NCBI GenBank assembly: GCA_002840785.1
Contig: PHCH01000004.1
Coordinates: 24,204-88,203 of the forward strand
Direction: 5' to 3'
From: Betaproteobacteria bacterium HGW-Betaproteobacteria-4
Lineage (GTDB): Bacteria > Pseudomonadota > Gammaproteobacteria > Burkholderiales > Rhodocyclaceae
Length of the DNA stretch: 64,000 nucleotides
Shown piece by piece: positions 10,079-19,085 of this stretch (its first letter is position 1; the number at the start of each line of letters is the position of its first letter). The position numbers were made by a program, and so were the translations under genes. Below the pieces are notes generated by a model, which made no database searches, had not been told where the DNA came from, and saw only the letters and a program-made list of their open reading frames with translations.

Positions 10079-13000
10079 ATCGTTTCAGGCTCCTGCTCAC
10101 GTAGTTTGAAATCAACCACCTCCAGGTGCCAACGTCCTGTCTTAGTGTTCTTACCCGCCTTGCGAAGTCGATTGAAGCGGCTGAACTCGCCGATGGTGTT
10201 GTAATCCGGAAGCGCCGTGGCAAAAATAAGCTGCACATCCATGGATTGTGCCAATAACCGCTGAGCCTTCCACAACGCGGGTGTCGTGGCCTTGGCGAAT
10301 GGGTTATCCAGAATCAGCGGGCCACCGCCTGTCTTCTTCAGCTTGGCCTGTGTTTCCGAGCGCAGCTGATTGATAAGGAGATACAGGAACATCGCCATAA
10401 CCACGCCTTCGCCACCGGAGTTTTGAATCTTGTCGACCGTCACATATTGCAGCGCTTCGTCGGGCACCATCTTCAACATCTGTAGGCCCAATGGCTTGCC
10501 GTGAATGCGCAACAGCGCCTCGGCAACTAGCTCTGGGCCGCGCGCAGGGACGATGTTTGAATCAATGAGCGAGTCCAGATAGCTGTGGAGTGCTTGGCGC
10601 CGAGCTTCCTGTGATATTTCGTGGAAGCGGGCGCGCATCTTGATGACAGATTTGCCACCCACATACGGCGCCCCGGCCGGCACCTTCTTGTTATTCACCG
10701 CCGAATTAAGCAGGGTGAGCGCACTGTTGGCGAGATTGGTCAGCTCACCCACGCAAGCCTCAAAATCCTCCTTCATCCCATCCAAACTGGACTGGGTCGT
10801 ACCAATTCGGTCGACAATCCCTTCCAAGAGACGCTGGCTGTCTGCACATGCGGCATCAAAGTCATTTCGCTGGAGCTGAGCCGCTATCTCGGGTTCCACG
10901 TCCTGAAGCTCCTTCCGCATGGCCGACGTTTTCATTTCATCGAACGCTTTGTGCGCCTTGCTGCGGGCACCTTCTACCTTCTTAGACCGTGACTGGAATT
11001 CCGTGACAATAGTGGTTGTCTGGAGATTCACATCGCCCAACAGCTCAATCGGGTCAGCTACTAGCAAGTCAGGCAGGGCCAATGCCGACCGAAGCATCTT
11101 GGCAACATTCAGTGCCTCCTTGGCTTCCTGGTCAGCTTGCTTAGCCAGTTCTTTGGCCCGTGCTGCCGCAATTCTGGCAGTCTTGGCTGCGTCAGATGAA
11201 GCCTGCTTGAACGAAGATGCCAAATCGATTTCTGCGTTCAATGCTCCCTCATTTAGTTCAATCATTTCCGGAGTCGGTTCGTAGCTGGGCTTGCTCACCT
11301 TATAGAATTCTTTGGACTGGTTCTTCGCTACCGCCAGTGCGCTATCAGCTTCTCGGGACGCCTTGTCTGCCACCTCAATTTCTTCATTTGTGGCAGGAAT
11401 CAATGCGTCGAAGTTGCCCTTCAGGTACGGCGCCATATCGAGGAGTTGTACCCCATTAAAGGTCTTCGTAAAGGCCTTGGTTTTCTCCTGGTACTGGGTT
11501 CTGGCATGTTCCAATTGCTGATGAAGCAAACCCAGCCGGTCCTTTTCCTGGGTTTCAAATGTTTGGGCCGCGTTCGCATACAACTCCCGCAGGACTGTTA
11601 GCTGTTGCGGATTTTCAGCCAGATAAGCCACGGCATCGAAGGACTTGTCGAAATACTTGAGCGCACCACGTTCCTCACCCATCTGATTGGCTTGATTTTC
11701 AAGTCCAACCTTGGCTCGATAGGCATCCTTCTCGAGTATTTCCAGTTTTTCTTGCTCGAGGGCTATTTCCGCCCGCCGTTCTGCAATGGCAGTGATATCC
11801 GTGGCGATGACCAATAGCCGCTCAACCCGAAACGCGTGACCTTCTTCGTGTGTTTTGGCAAACCGCTCAAGGTCCCGAGCGTACCGCTCAGCTGTCATTG
11901 CGGTGGAACCACATTTCTGCGATTCGGCCTGGCGCTGGTCCGCAGTGGCCCGGCATTCGCTCGCCTTGGTTGTTGCAACGGCAGCATGCTCCTTTGCTGC
12001 AACGGCTTCTGCATTAAGCCGTGTAACGTCGGAAATCGCTCGTTGGAGGGCCGCTGCACCAAAGCGTACGAGATACGCTTCAAGCCGTTGTTTGCCTGCT
12101 TGGGCATCCCGCTGGCGTTCGGCGTACAGACGACGGCGTTCGCTTTCGGCAGACAATTGCGTTTCCAGTGTCGCGAGCAGACCGGCCGCAGCACCGATAT
12201 TGAATCTTGCGTCATCCGACGCCGAAAGTGTCAAGCGGTCATCCCCTGAAAGCTCTGCATCGAGTGCTGAAATCGAAACGACGACCGGGCTGGTGAGCTT
12301 CGGTGCCTGCTCCTCTATCTGGCGAGCTTTCTGGAATTCTGTGGCAGCAACACATATGCCCATGAAACGAGATGGGTTGCTAGCAACAAGCCTACGCGCC
12401 TGGTCTGCGTCAGGCAGCGCTTTAGAAATGTAGATGTTGTATGGCTGGGCAGATTTGACACCGAGTTCACGCAGTCGAGCGACAACCGCATTCACATCAC
12501 GGGAATTGCCGGCAACGCCGGTGTCTTCAATGGACGATTTGGCGGAGTTGAGTTCAGCCAAACGTACGTCAGACAGAGATACCTCACGTTCGCTGCTATG
12601 CGCTAATCGGTCCAGGGCAATCAACAGGGCAGGAGAGTCCGGGTCGGCTGTTTCAGCCTCAGCGGCTTGTCGCAAGGCCGGCAGTTGTGAAAGACGTTCT
12701 TGTTCAGCCTGCCCCTCGGCAATGAGTTTCTGTTTTTGCAAGGCGGCTGCTTCCTGGCGCGCTGCTTCTTCGCCTTCCGTCTTTGCTTTGGCATGCCACT
12801 CCTGCTCCTGACGTCGCAACTCTGTAGCTTCCTGGAGCCGCAGGGCCTCCGCAGTATGTTCAGCGGTTGCCGTGGCCACCCACCGCTCAATGGCTGCAGA
12901 GGTTTTTTCATTGGCTTCCAGTAACAGGTCCGTCGCCAACTGTGCTTTTGCTGTTTCAAAAGCTTGCTCAGCGGCAACCAAGTTGGCCTGCTCTTTGATG

Positions 13001-14397
13001 AACGTAGTCTCGTTGTTGGTCAGTTGCACCAGTTCTTTGGTCAGAGTCCCTCGCGAATCGCAGGCAGCCAACTCCTTAGCCCCTTCCGCTTTTGCGTCAT
13101 TTCGTAGCTTTAGCTCTTCCGTGTACAGCGCCCGCCGCAAAATTGAGCCATGTTTCTCCGCTGACGTACGCCAGGGCTGCAGCTCCTCGGTAGCGTGCGA
13201 AGCCTGTGTTTCAAGCTCGAGCTTGGTCGCCTCGGCTGCGCCAATTTCACAACGCGCCTTGGCCGCCTGTACATACCGAAGTTTGATTTTGGAATCGGTT
13301 AGTGTTTTGGTTGTGGTCGCCTTGAGCGTTTCGGCGGCGGCGACATGCCGGGTGTGCCGAAGGGCGGTCAGCACAACCTGTTCTTCGCCAAATTTCTTCT
13401 CAGCCTGTTCGTTTTCGAGAACGAGCTTTTCTTGAGCAGCTTCCTGTTCTGTTTGCGATTCGGCCGTGGCTGACTGCTCTTTTGAGCGGGATTCAAGACT
13501 AAGGACTAACCCACTGCCTTCCTTCAAAGTGTCGCTCTGTGATGCGCTGGCCGTAGCGTAAGCTTGGGCCAGTGAGTCAAATTGCGTCAGGCTGGCTTGC
13601 AGCGTGGAAAGCTCCGCCAAGCGTTTCTGGAAAAATGGCTTCCTGCGCAGCTTATCGCAGGTGTTGACCACAGCGAGGCGGACCGATGCCGCGCGTTCCG
13701 CGTCGAGCGTGAGGTCGAAAAACTTGCGGATGAACTCTGGCTCCGAGTTAAATTTCAGGAAACCCTCGTCAATTCCACCTTCTTGGGCTGAAAAGCTGAC
13801 CTGCAACTGCAACATCTCAATGTCGATGAGGCGTTCGTCTCGCAAGTGCTTTTGCCAGTCCTGCTGTGTCCGTGTATGGAAGAAGTCCGAGGTCGATTTC
13901 TGTGCTTCGTGCATCCAACGCATGAATTCGGCCATGCTGTTGGCGGGAGCCATCGTCAGCTTTGGCGCGGGAACGCTCTCGAAACGCAAAGCGCCCGTAC
14001 TCTCAAAACTGAAGAAAACGCGGTCGACATCGTCCCGCTCGGTATTCGATTTGACGGAAACGACCTGCCCAACGACCAGCCGGTAGGGGGAGGCGCCGGC
14101 CACGCGGGCAGGCATTTCCCACTCAACCAAAACAACGCCAGGTAGTCCATCCCGTGCGAAATATTGCGAGAACCGGTGGTTCTTGTTCTGGATGTGTTTC
14201 AGGAAGTGTTCTTGTGCGGTTTCAAAACAGGAAAATACGAAGCTCAAGAGGGTCGTTTTTCCCCCGCCATTTTCCAGATTGATGATGGTGTCGGTTGGGG
14301 CGCCGGTTTCCGGGTCGGTCATGTCAAAGACGATGCCGTCGTACCAAGCCATGTCGATGCCGTAGTTTCCTACATAGACGCGTGTGATTTTTTGCAT
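10075..14397 (-). CDS. jetC: Wadjet JetC SMC-family ATPase
   Basis: 1440 aa; Walker A LENGGGKTT, long Ala/Glu/Gln coiled-coil, signature NSGGE, Walker B PLILDNPF. Confidence 0.9.
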   Translation of the reverse strand: MQKITRVYVGNYGIDMAWYDGIVFDMTDPETGAPTDTIINLENGGGKTTLLSFVFSCFETAQEHFLKHIQNKNHRFSQYFARDGLPGVVLVEWEMPARVAGASPYRLVVGQVVSVKSNTERDDVDRVFFSFESTGALRFESVPAPKLTMAPANSMAEFMRWMHEAQKSTSDFFHTRTQQDWQKHLRDERLIDIEMLQLQVSFSAQEGGIDEGFLKFNSEPEFIRKFFDLTLDAERAASVRLAVVNTCDKLRRKPFFQKRLAELSTLQASLTQFDSLAQAYATASASQSDTLKEGSGLVLSLESRSKEQSATAESQTEQEAAQEKLVLENEQAEKKFGEEQVVLTALRHTRHVAAAETLKATTTKTLTDSKIKLRYVQAAKARCEIGAAEATKLELETQASHATEELQPWRTSAEKHGSILRRALYTEELKLRNDAKAEGAKELAACDSRGTLTKELVQLTNNETTFIKEQANLVAAEQAFETAKAQLATDLLLEANEKTSAAIERWVATATAEHTAEALRLQEATELRRQEQEWHAKAKTEGEEAARQEAAALQKQKLIAEGQAEQERLSQLPALRQAAEAETADPDSPALLIALDRLAHSSEREVSLSDVRLAELNSAKSSIEDTGVAGNSRDVNAVVARLRELGVKSAQPYNIYISKALPDADQARRLVASNPSRFMGICVAATEFQKARQIEEQAPKLTSPVVVSISALDAELSGDDRLTLSASDDARFNIGAAAGLLATLETQLSAESERRRLYAERQRDAQAGKQRLEAYLVRFGAAALQRAISDVTRLNAEAVAAKEHAAVATTKASECRATADQRQAESQKCGSTAMTAERYARDLERFAKTHEEGHAFRVERLLVIATDITAIAERRAEIALEQEKLEILEKDAYRAKVGLENQANQMGEERGALKYFDKSFDAVAYLAENPQQLTVLRELYANAAQTFETQEKDRLGLLHQQLEHARTQYQEKTKAFTKTFNGVQLLDMAPYLKGNFDALIPATNEEIEVADKASREADSALAVAKNQSKEFYKVSKPSYEPTPEMIELNEGALNAEIDLASSFKQASSDAAKTARIAAARAKELAKQADQEAKEALNVAKMLRSALALPDLLVADPIELLGDVNLQTTTIVTEFQSRSKKVEGARSKAHKAFDEMKTSAMRKELQDVEPEIAAQLQRNDFDAACADSQRLLEGIVDRIGTTQSSLDGMKEDFEACVGELTNLANSALTLLNSAVNNKKVPAGAPYVGGKSVIKMRARFHEISQEARRQALHSYLDSLIDSNIVPARGPELVAEALLRIHGKPLGLQMLKMVPDEALQYVTVDKIQNSGGEGVVMAMFLYLLINQLRSETQAKLKKTGGGPLILDNPFAKATTPALWKAQRLLAQSMDVQLIFATALPDYNTIGEFSRFNRLRKAGKNTKTGRWHLEVVDFKLREQEPETI

Positions 14398-14398
14398 A

Positions 14399-15130
14399 TC
14401 AGGCTCCGACCCCAGTCGTCATGCCGGATTGTGCCAATTCAAATAGCCTACGAAGCGTCAGCTCACGTAGCTGAACACGCAAACGATGGGTTGCTGTATA
14501 GGTGACTTGAGATTCCTCGGCAGCCTCACGGTCGAGTCGTGCCAATCCGCTGGAGACCATATTGGTCAGCGCAACACCGACCATGCCTGTAACGGAATTT
14601 GGAGTTGCCCGTTGGCTGTTAGGCAAGGTGCTTGGTAGGGCGCAAATACAATCCCATCCAGGAACGAGTTCCGGTGGCACGTCATCGATGACCTCTCCTG
14701 CATCCTTCAAACGCCGGGCGAGCGCGTGGAGAGCATCCCGGAACTCACCAACGCTTGCAGGCGGCGGAATGTAATTATCATCTTCAAGGCCATCGGTGGT
14801 CGGGAAGAACACAGAGGCAATCGCCACGTGGGCGAGTACCAATGCAGCCTTCTGGTCAGACTTGAGGTTTGAACGGATGTCGGCAATCCGCACCGCAAAT
14901 TTGCTGTCACGAGAAGTCGGGACAATAATCAAACCACGCTCGCTGAAGTCGAGAATAGCCAGCTCCATGCCGGCGGCGATGTCCTGCACATTGGCGGCGA
15001 ACTTAGGGTCGGCGCGATACAAGTCCAACAATTCCCGGTACAGGTTGTCATTGACTGGCGAAAGGGCTGTGTGGAGGGCTTTATAAACCAGTCGTGCCGC
15101 GTTTCTCACAGTGGGTTCGGCGATACTCAT
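14399..15130 (-). CDS. jetB: Wadjet JetB-like KITE subunit (start revised to ATG 15130, 243 aa)
   Basis: MSIAEPTVRNAARLVYKAL...; ATG overlaps the jetA TGA; lies between the kleisin-like and SMC genes. Confidence 0.75.
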   Translation of the reverse strand: MSIAEPTVRNAARLVYKALHTALSPVNDNLYRELLDLYRADPKFAANVQDIAAGMELAILDFSERGLIIVPTSRDSKFAVRIADIRSNLKSDQKAALVLAHVAIASVFFPTTDGLEDDNYIPPPASVGEFRDALHALARRLKDAGEVIDDVPPELVPGWDCICALPSTLPNSQRATPNSVTGMVGVALTNMVSSGLARLDREAAEESQVTYTATHRLRVQLRELTLRRLFELAQSGMTTGVGA

Positions 15131-16671
15131 TTTTGTTCTCCGCTGGGCGAAAACACGAGGTTTGTGCCTTGGGCAATATTGAGGCAAAACCGGCCAGAGG
15201 CATCGGCTCGCATGTTCGGGAAAATACTTTCCGAGTGAGCGAAGGAGCGGAAGAGCATCAGCACCATGCAACGCCGCATGGCGCTATCCAGTCCTTCCTC
15301 TTCCGCCATGCCCAGTAGCTCATCGACCCGGTAGCTTGCGCCTGTGCTGAATTTTTTCTTGAGCCATTGTTCGACGGAGTCGATTAATTCTCTGGAAAAC
15401 TGGTCAAGCAGCGGCGCATACGGCGTGATATAGCCGTCGTCGGTTTCTGGCTCAGGTTCCTCGGCCCGTCTCTCCAGTAACACGGAGAAAACCGAATTCA
15501 GGTCGTAAATCTTCGGCCAAGTGGGCGGGTAGAACCCACTAATGCAATTGTCCGCGTTATTAACCAAGGCCGAGGTTGGCAGTCCCATGAGCTGCGGGAA
15601 CAAGCGGGCCTCTAAGTCTGGTAGGCCTGAAGGGCGACGGGCACGAAAAACGGAGCGTTGCGCTTCAAGGAATTTTTCCGGAGCCACCGTGATGTCATTC
15701 ACCAGATGGCCGCGTATTAGGCCTGCGCTTTGCAGTGTCTTCAGTAGCTGCGACAAATCCTGGCGAGTCTTGGGCTCATCGGCGGAAAGCAAAGCTTCCC
15801 GAACCGCTTCTTCCATCCTCTGGTCTTCACTTTGGCGCCCCCGGACATGGCTTCTAGCCGTGATGAGCTTGGCTGCCATCTCATTAGTCCAATTGACGGA
15901 CCCCGGAGCACGGTATGCTTGCGTGAGCCGGTCACGGATGAGTTGGCGGTACTCAATGGACAGTTTTCGGGCGCGCTTGGCAATTTCGAGCGCTACTTCA
16001 AATCGCCCTCGTTGCACAAGCATATCCAGCATTTTTGCCATCAATTCCTGGGCCTCCTCCGGGGCCAAATCCAACATTCCCAGATACACCAAGTAGCCTT
16101 CAGATGTCGGCCGGTAGCGATAGGTGTCCTCTAGGTCTGGCTCGTAGGCCACCAAGCGAAACCGAATAGTCTTTGTCGCCTTAAGGTTGGCGTCGAAGAA
16201 ATCAAAGGCGAACTCGCGGTAAGAGTTGGCTTTGTTGTCTAGCGTATCCAGAATCACTTCGGCAACCCGGCCTGCCTGTACTGACGTCAAGGCAGGCTTA
16301 ATTTCTTGGGCAATCGTTGCCAGATGGCCAAGCACCTCAGACTGGGTGCTGCCCATATTCATGGTGGTTCCTTCCATCATGAAATCCAGCGCAGAAAGAA
16401 CGAGGTAGTGGGTATCGATGCCAGCGAACAATCCTTGGTCGGCTGTGGTTTCGCTGCCGACACGCAGCTTGTTCAGTTCTAATTGGAACAAGGGTCGGAG
16501 TAGAAGGAGGTTGCGTTGCTGCTTGCTGAGGTCAAGTAATGACGAGGCAGCATCATTCCGCCCCGGCGGTTCAGGTAGCCCCTGGGCCACGCCAGGGGCT
16601 AAGCCGAGCGAGACCACTTCGATTGGTTCGACGGTTGAATCAATAAGAAGGGGCTCTGGCGTTAGATTCAT
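15127..16671 (-). CDS. jetA: Wadjet JetA-like kleisin subunit
   Basis: 514 aa, helical, first gene of the ABCD cluster; YRPTSEGYLVYLGMLD and LVQRGRFEVALEIA segments. Confidence 0.72.
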   Translation of the reverse strand: MNLTPEPLLIDSTVEPIEVVSLGLAPGVAQGLPEPPGRNDAASSLLDLSKQQRNLLLLRPLFQLELNKLRVGSETTADQGLFAGIDTHYLVLSALDFMMEGTTMNMGSTQSEVLGHLATIAQEIKPALTSVQAGRVAEVILDTLDNKANSYREFAFDFFDANLKATKTIRFRLVAYEPDLEDTYRYRPTSEGYLVYLGMLDLAPEEAQELMAKMLDMLVQRGRFEVALEIAKRARKLSIEYRQLIRDRLTQAYRAPGSVNWTNEMAAKLITARSHVRGRQSEDQRMEEAVREALLSADEPKTRQDLSQLLKTLQSAGLIRGHLVNDITVAPEKFLEAQRSVFRARRPSGLPDLEARLFPQLMGLPTSALVNNADNCISGFYPPTWPKIYDLNSVFSVLLERRAEEPEPETDDGYITPYAPLLDQFSRELIDSVEQWLKKKFSTGASYRVDELLGMAEEEGLDSAMRRCMVLMLFRSFAHSESIFPNMRADASGRFCLNIAQGTNLVFSPSGEQK

Positions 16672-16677
16672 GCCATC

Positions 16678-16707
16678 ATTATACGTCTAATATTTATACG
16701 CATACAA
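16678..16707 (-). promoter_or_regulatory. Sigma70 promoter for the defence operon, probably leaderless
   Basis: Minus strand TTGTAT (16707-16702), 18 bp, perfect TATAAT (16683-16678), 6 nt, then the jetA ATG. Confidence 0.6.
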
Positions 16708-16736
16708 AAACTATTCGTGATGTAGAATTTCAACTT

Positions 16737-17627
16737 ATGTATAGCTCATCATTTCATACGCCGAGTATCCGTGCGGGCTCGGGACCCATTAAGTGGGTTC
16801 AGGAGCGTCGGCTCGAATTCATTGACTTTCGCTTGCGCTGGGATGGCCGGCTCAATCGTAGTGACCTGATTGATTTCTTCGGTGTTTCAACGCCGCAGGC
16901 ATCACTCGACATAGCACGGTACTCAGAGCTGGCCCCGAACAATTTGGTCTATGACCGGAGTGCCCGGGTGTACCTTGCGGGCCTCAATTTCAAGCCGTTG
17001 TTTGTCACCGGGAATTCCTCTCGCTATCTCAACGATTTGCTGGCCACAGCATGTGGCCTTGTTGAGCACCAAGCCAACTTCATTGGTTGGCATCCCTCGG
17101 TCGCCACCGTGCCAACGCCTGGACGTGCTATGTCGGCAGCCACCCTGGCTGCATTGCTGAAAGCGATGCGGGAGGGACATGCGTTGCGGTTGGTGTATCA
17201 ATCGATGACCTCCCCAGAGCCAAGTGAAAGATTGCTATCCCCGCATGCACTTGCCCACGATGGATTCCGATGGCATGTTAGAGCATTTTGTCATCTGCGC
17301 CACCAGTTCCGAGACTTTGTTATCGCGCGGATATTGAGTATTACTGGGACCGAGTTGGCTAATGTCACCGCTGAACATGACGAAGAGTGGCTTACTCAAG
17401 TAAAGCTTGTGTTGGTACCTCATCCCGGTTTGTCCGAAGGCCATCGGCGGGTTATCGAGTTGGATTACGGCATGGATAACGGGGAGGTCGTCCTGGAGTG
17501 CAGGCAAGCATTGCTGTTCTACTTACTAAAGCACTTGGGTCTTGAGGGCGGAGGTGTAGCCCGCCCGGAGGCTCAGCAAATTGTCTTGAAAAATGCAGAG
17601 GAAGTCGCTCGTTTCCGAACTGGTTGA
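16737..17627 (+). CDS. WYL-domain transcriptional regulator (CapW/BrxR type)
   Basis: wHTH RRLEFIDFRLRWDGRLNRSDLIDFFGVSTPQASLD; WYL LVYQSM...SPHALAHDGFRWHVRAFC...FRDFVIARI; divergent from the defence operon. Confidence 0.9.
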   Translation: MYSSSFHTPSIRAGSGPIKWVQERRLEFIDFRLRWDGRLNRSDLIDFFGVSTPQASLDIARYSELAPNNLVYDRSARVYLAGLNFKPLFVTGNSSRYLNDLLATACGLVEHQANFIGWHPSVATVPTPGRAMSAATLAALLKAMREGHALRLVYQSMTSPEPSERLLSPHALAHDGFRWHVRAFCHLRHQFRDFVIARILSITGTELANVTAEHDEEWLTQVKLVLVPHPGLSEGHRRVIELDYGMDNGEVVLECRQALLFYLLKHLGLEGGGVARPEAQQIVLKNAEEVARFRTG

Positions 17628-17644
17628 TGCCGGGAATCTAATAA

Positions 17645-17818
17645 GTTGAGATTTCCCCCGGCTCTGCCGGGGCGGCAGTAGCAGTTTCAATGGAAAAACT
17701 GTGATGTCATATCCGGTGACCATGGCTGATTTGTGGGGCTTTTGACTTTGGATTGCGAATAGCCCCCTTCGAGGGGGCCGCAATCCAGAATGCCCCCGGC
17801 TATGCCGGGGGATTGTTA
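17645..17818. mobile_element. Miniature non-autonomous IS200/IS605-like palindromic element
   Basis: Near-identical hairpins CCCCGGC-TCT-GCCGGGG (17656-17672) and CCCCCGGC-TAT-GCCGGGGG (17793-17811), plus subterminal GCCCCCT-TCG-AGGGGGC (17762-17778); no transposase ORF; exact ends uncertain. Confidence 0.55.
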
Positions 17819-17932
17819 CGACATGGCAGATGCGCAGGAGCAATTTGTCGCCCGGGGACACCACTAATTGGGCTGGCCTACCGATAGTTCTGGCGAAATA
17901 AGGCGCTGACAGAACGCCTCATTTGCCCGCGA

Positions 17933-18074
17933 ATTTCCTGCCAATTAAATGTTTGGCAGGCTATCGGGGGCCTCATCAAGTCTCCCCTCCGGCGGCTATT
18001 CCCGACTTTTTTGCACTATCCATAACAATTTTTGGCAGGAAATAAAGTTGTATTCCGATTAATTAATTGGCAGG
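17933..18074. repeat. TTGGCAGG octamer array and TnsB-like boxes upstream of tnsA
   Basis: CCTGCCAA 17937-17944, TTGGCAGG 17953-17960, 18032-18039, 18067-18074; AAATAAAGTTGTA 18040-18052; reversed AAAAAAGTCG at ~18003-18012. Confidence 0.7.
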
Positions 18075-18233
18075 TAAGCGATTGATTCTAAATTAAATTA
18101 ACTGGTTTACACTGCTGAATATTTGTAGTTTCATTCGCGCCAATTCAATCAGGTGGATGGTGTGTGGTGGAGTTAGAAAGTAGATATTCAGTTCGAGCGG
18201 TTATGCGGAAGCCATGGTCCCCGAGGAGGGGCT

Positions 18234-19085
18234 ATGGGACGTAGTCGCTACAAGTGGACTGAAGCCAAAATCTGGAAATGGGTGAATGAGGGGCGAGGCC
18301 AAGGGGCTGGTGCGGGCTACTTGCCGTGGCTTCGCGTCAGCGATGTTCCATCCAAAGGGTTTTCCCATCGGATTTGGGGAGAACTGACCCACCGGGTGCA
18401 CCATCTTCTCTCACACCTGGAGTATCTGGTTTACCTCTGGTGCCTGATGCAAGGTGGCCTGTGCGATATACGCGAGGCCTACCCACTCAATCGCCAAGAT
18501 ACCCGGCGTATCGCAAAGATATTGGGCTTGGCTCATCCGCGTTACCCCGGAACCCGTATCGATGTCGTGATGACCACTGACCTGTTATTAACGCGTCCTG
18601 GTGACCCCGCGACTTACATCGCCTTGGCTGTAAAACCTTCCTCACAGTTAGCGGACCCGCGAGTTATTGAGAAATTGGCGATAGAGCGGGCCTACTGGCT
18701 TGAGCACGGAGTGACCTTCTACGTTGTCACGGAAAAGGACCTTCCCGAGGTCGTCTTGCATAACTTTGAGCGCATTCGTTTTGCCATGAATTTGGCTATG
18801 AATCCCAGTTTTACGGTTGCACGGGCGCGCAAATTACAGCATGACCTGCTGGGCCATCTCACATTGCGGCAAAGCTGCACTTACGAGGGGTTCTGCACTG
18901 AGTTTGATGGCAAGTTGGGTTTGGATACTGGCGATAGCCATTATCTCCTGACCAACATGATGGCCCATGGGGTACTGACCTTCGACATGGAGCGAGCATG
19001 GGATGTCCGGAATTCGATGAGCGGATTCCGGATTTGCCGGGATGCGCTGGATAAGTTGGCCCAAGAAGAACGGTTTTCAGATTGA
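18234..19085 (+). CDS. tnsA: Tn7-like TnsA endonuclease
   Basis: GRGQG...YLPWLRVSDVPSKG, HHLLSHLE, DIREAYPL, VMTTDLL, AVK, EKLAIERAYW: catalytic E/D/K/E positions all present. Confidence 0.93.
   Translation: MGRSRYKWTEAKIWKWVNEGRGQGAGAGYLPWLRVSDVPSKGFSHRIWGELTHRVHHLLSHLEYLVYLWCLMQGGLCDIREAYPLNRQDTRRIAKILGLAHPRYPGTRIDVVMTTDLLLTRPGDPATYIALAVKPSSQLADPRVIEKLAIERAYWLEHGVTFYVVTEKDLPEVVLHNFERIRFAMNLAMNPSFTVARARKLQHDLLGHLTLRQSCTYEGFCTEFDGKLGLDTGDSHYLLTNMMAHGVLTFDMERAWDVRNSMSGFRICRDALDKLAQEERFSD

Noticed and set aside
17623-17650. TGCCGGGAATC-TAATAAGT just after the WYL stop as the Tn7 right end
   Set aside because: Only 5/8 match to the box, preceding 5 bp (GTTGA) do not match GCTAG, and no further boxes follow
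17950-17975. TGTTTGGCAGG as a TGT transposon terminus
   Set aside because: No AATAAAGT at the 11-bp offset and no GCTAG duplication; it is part of the octamer palindrome
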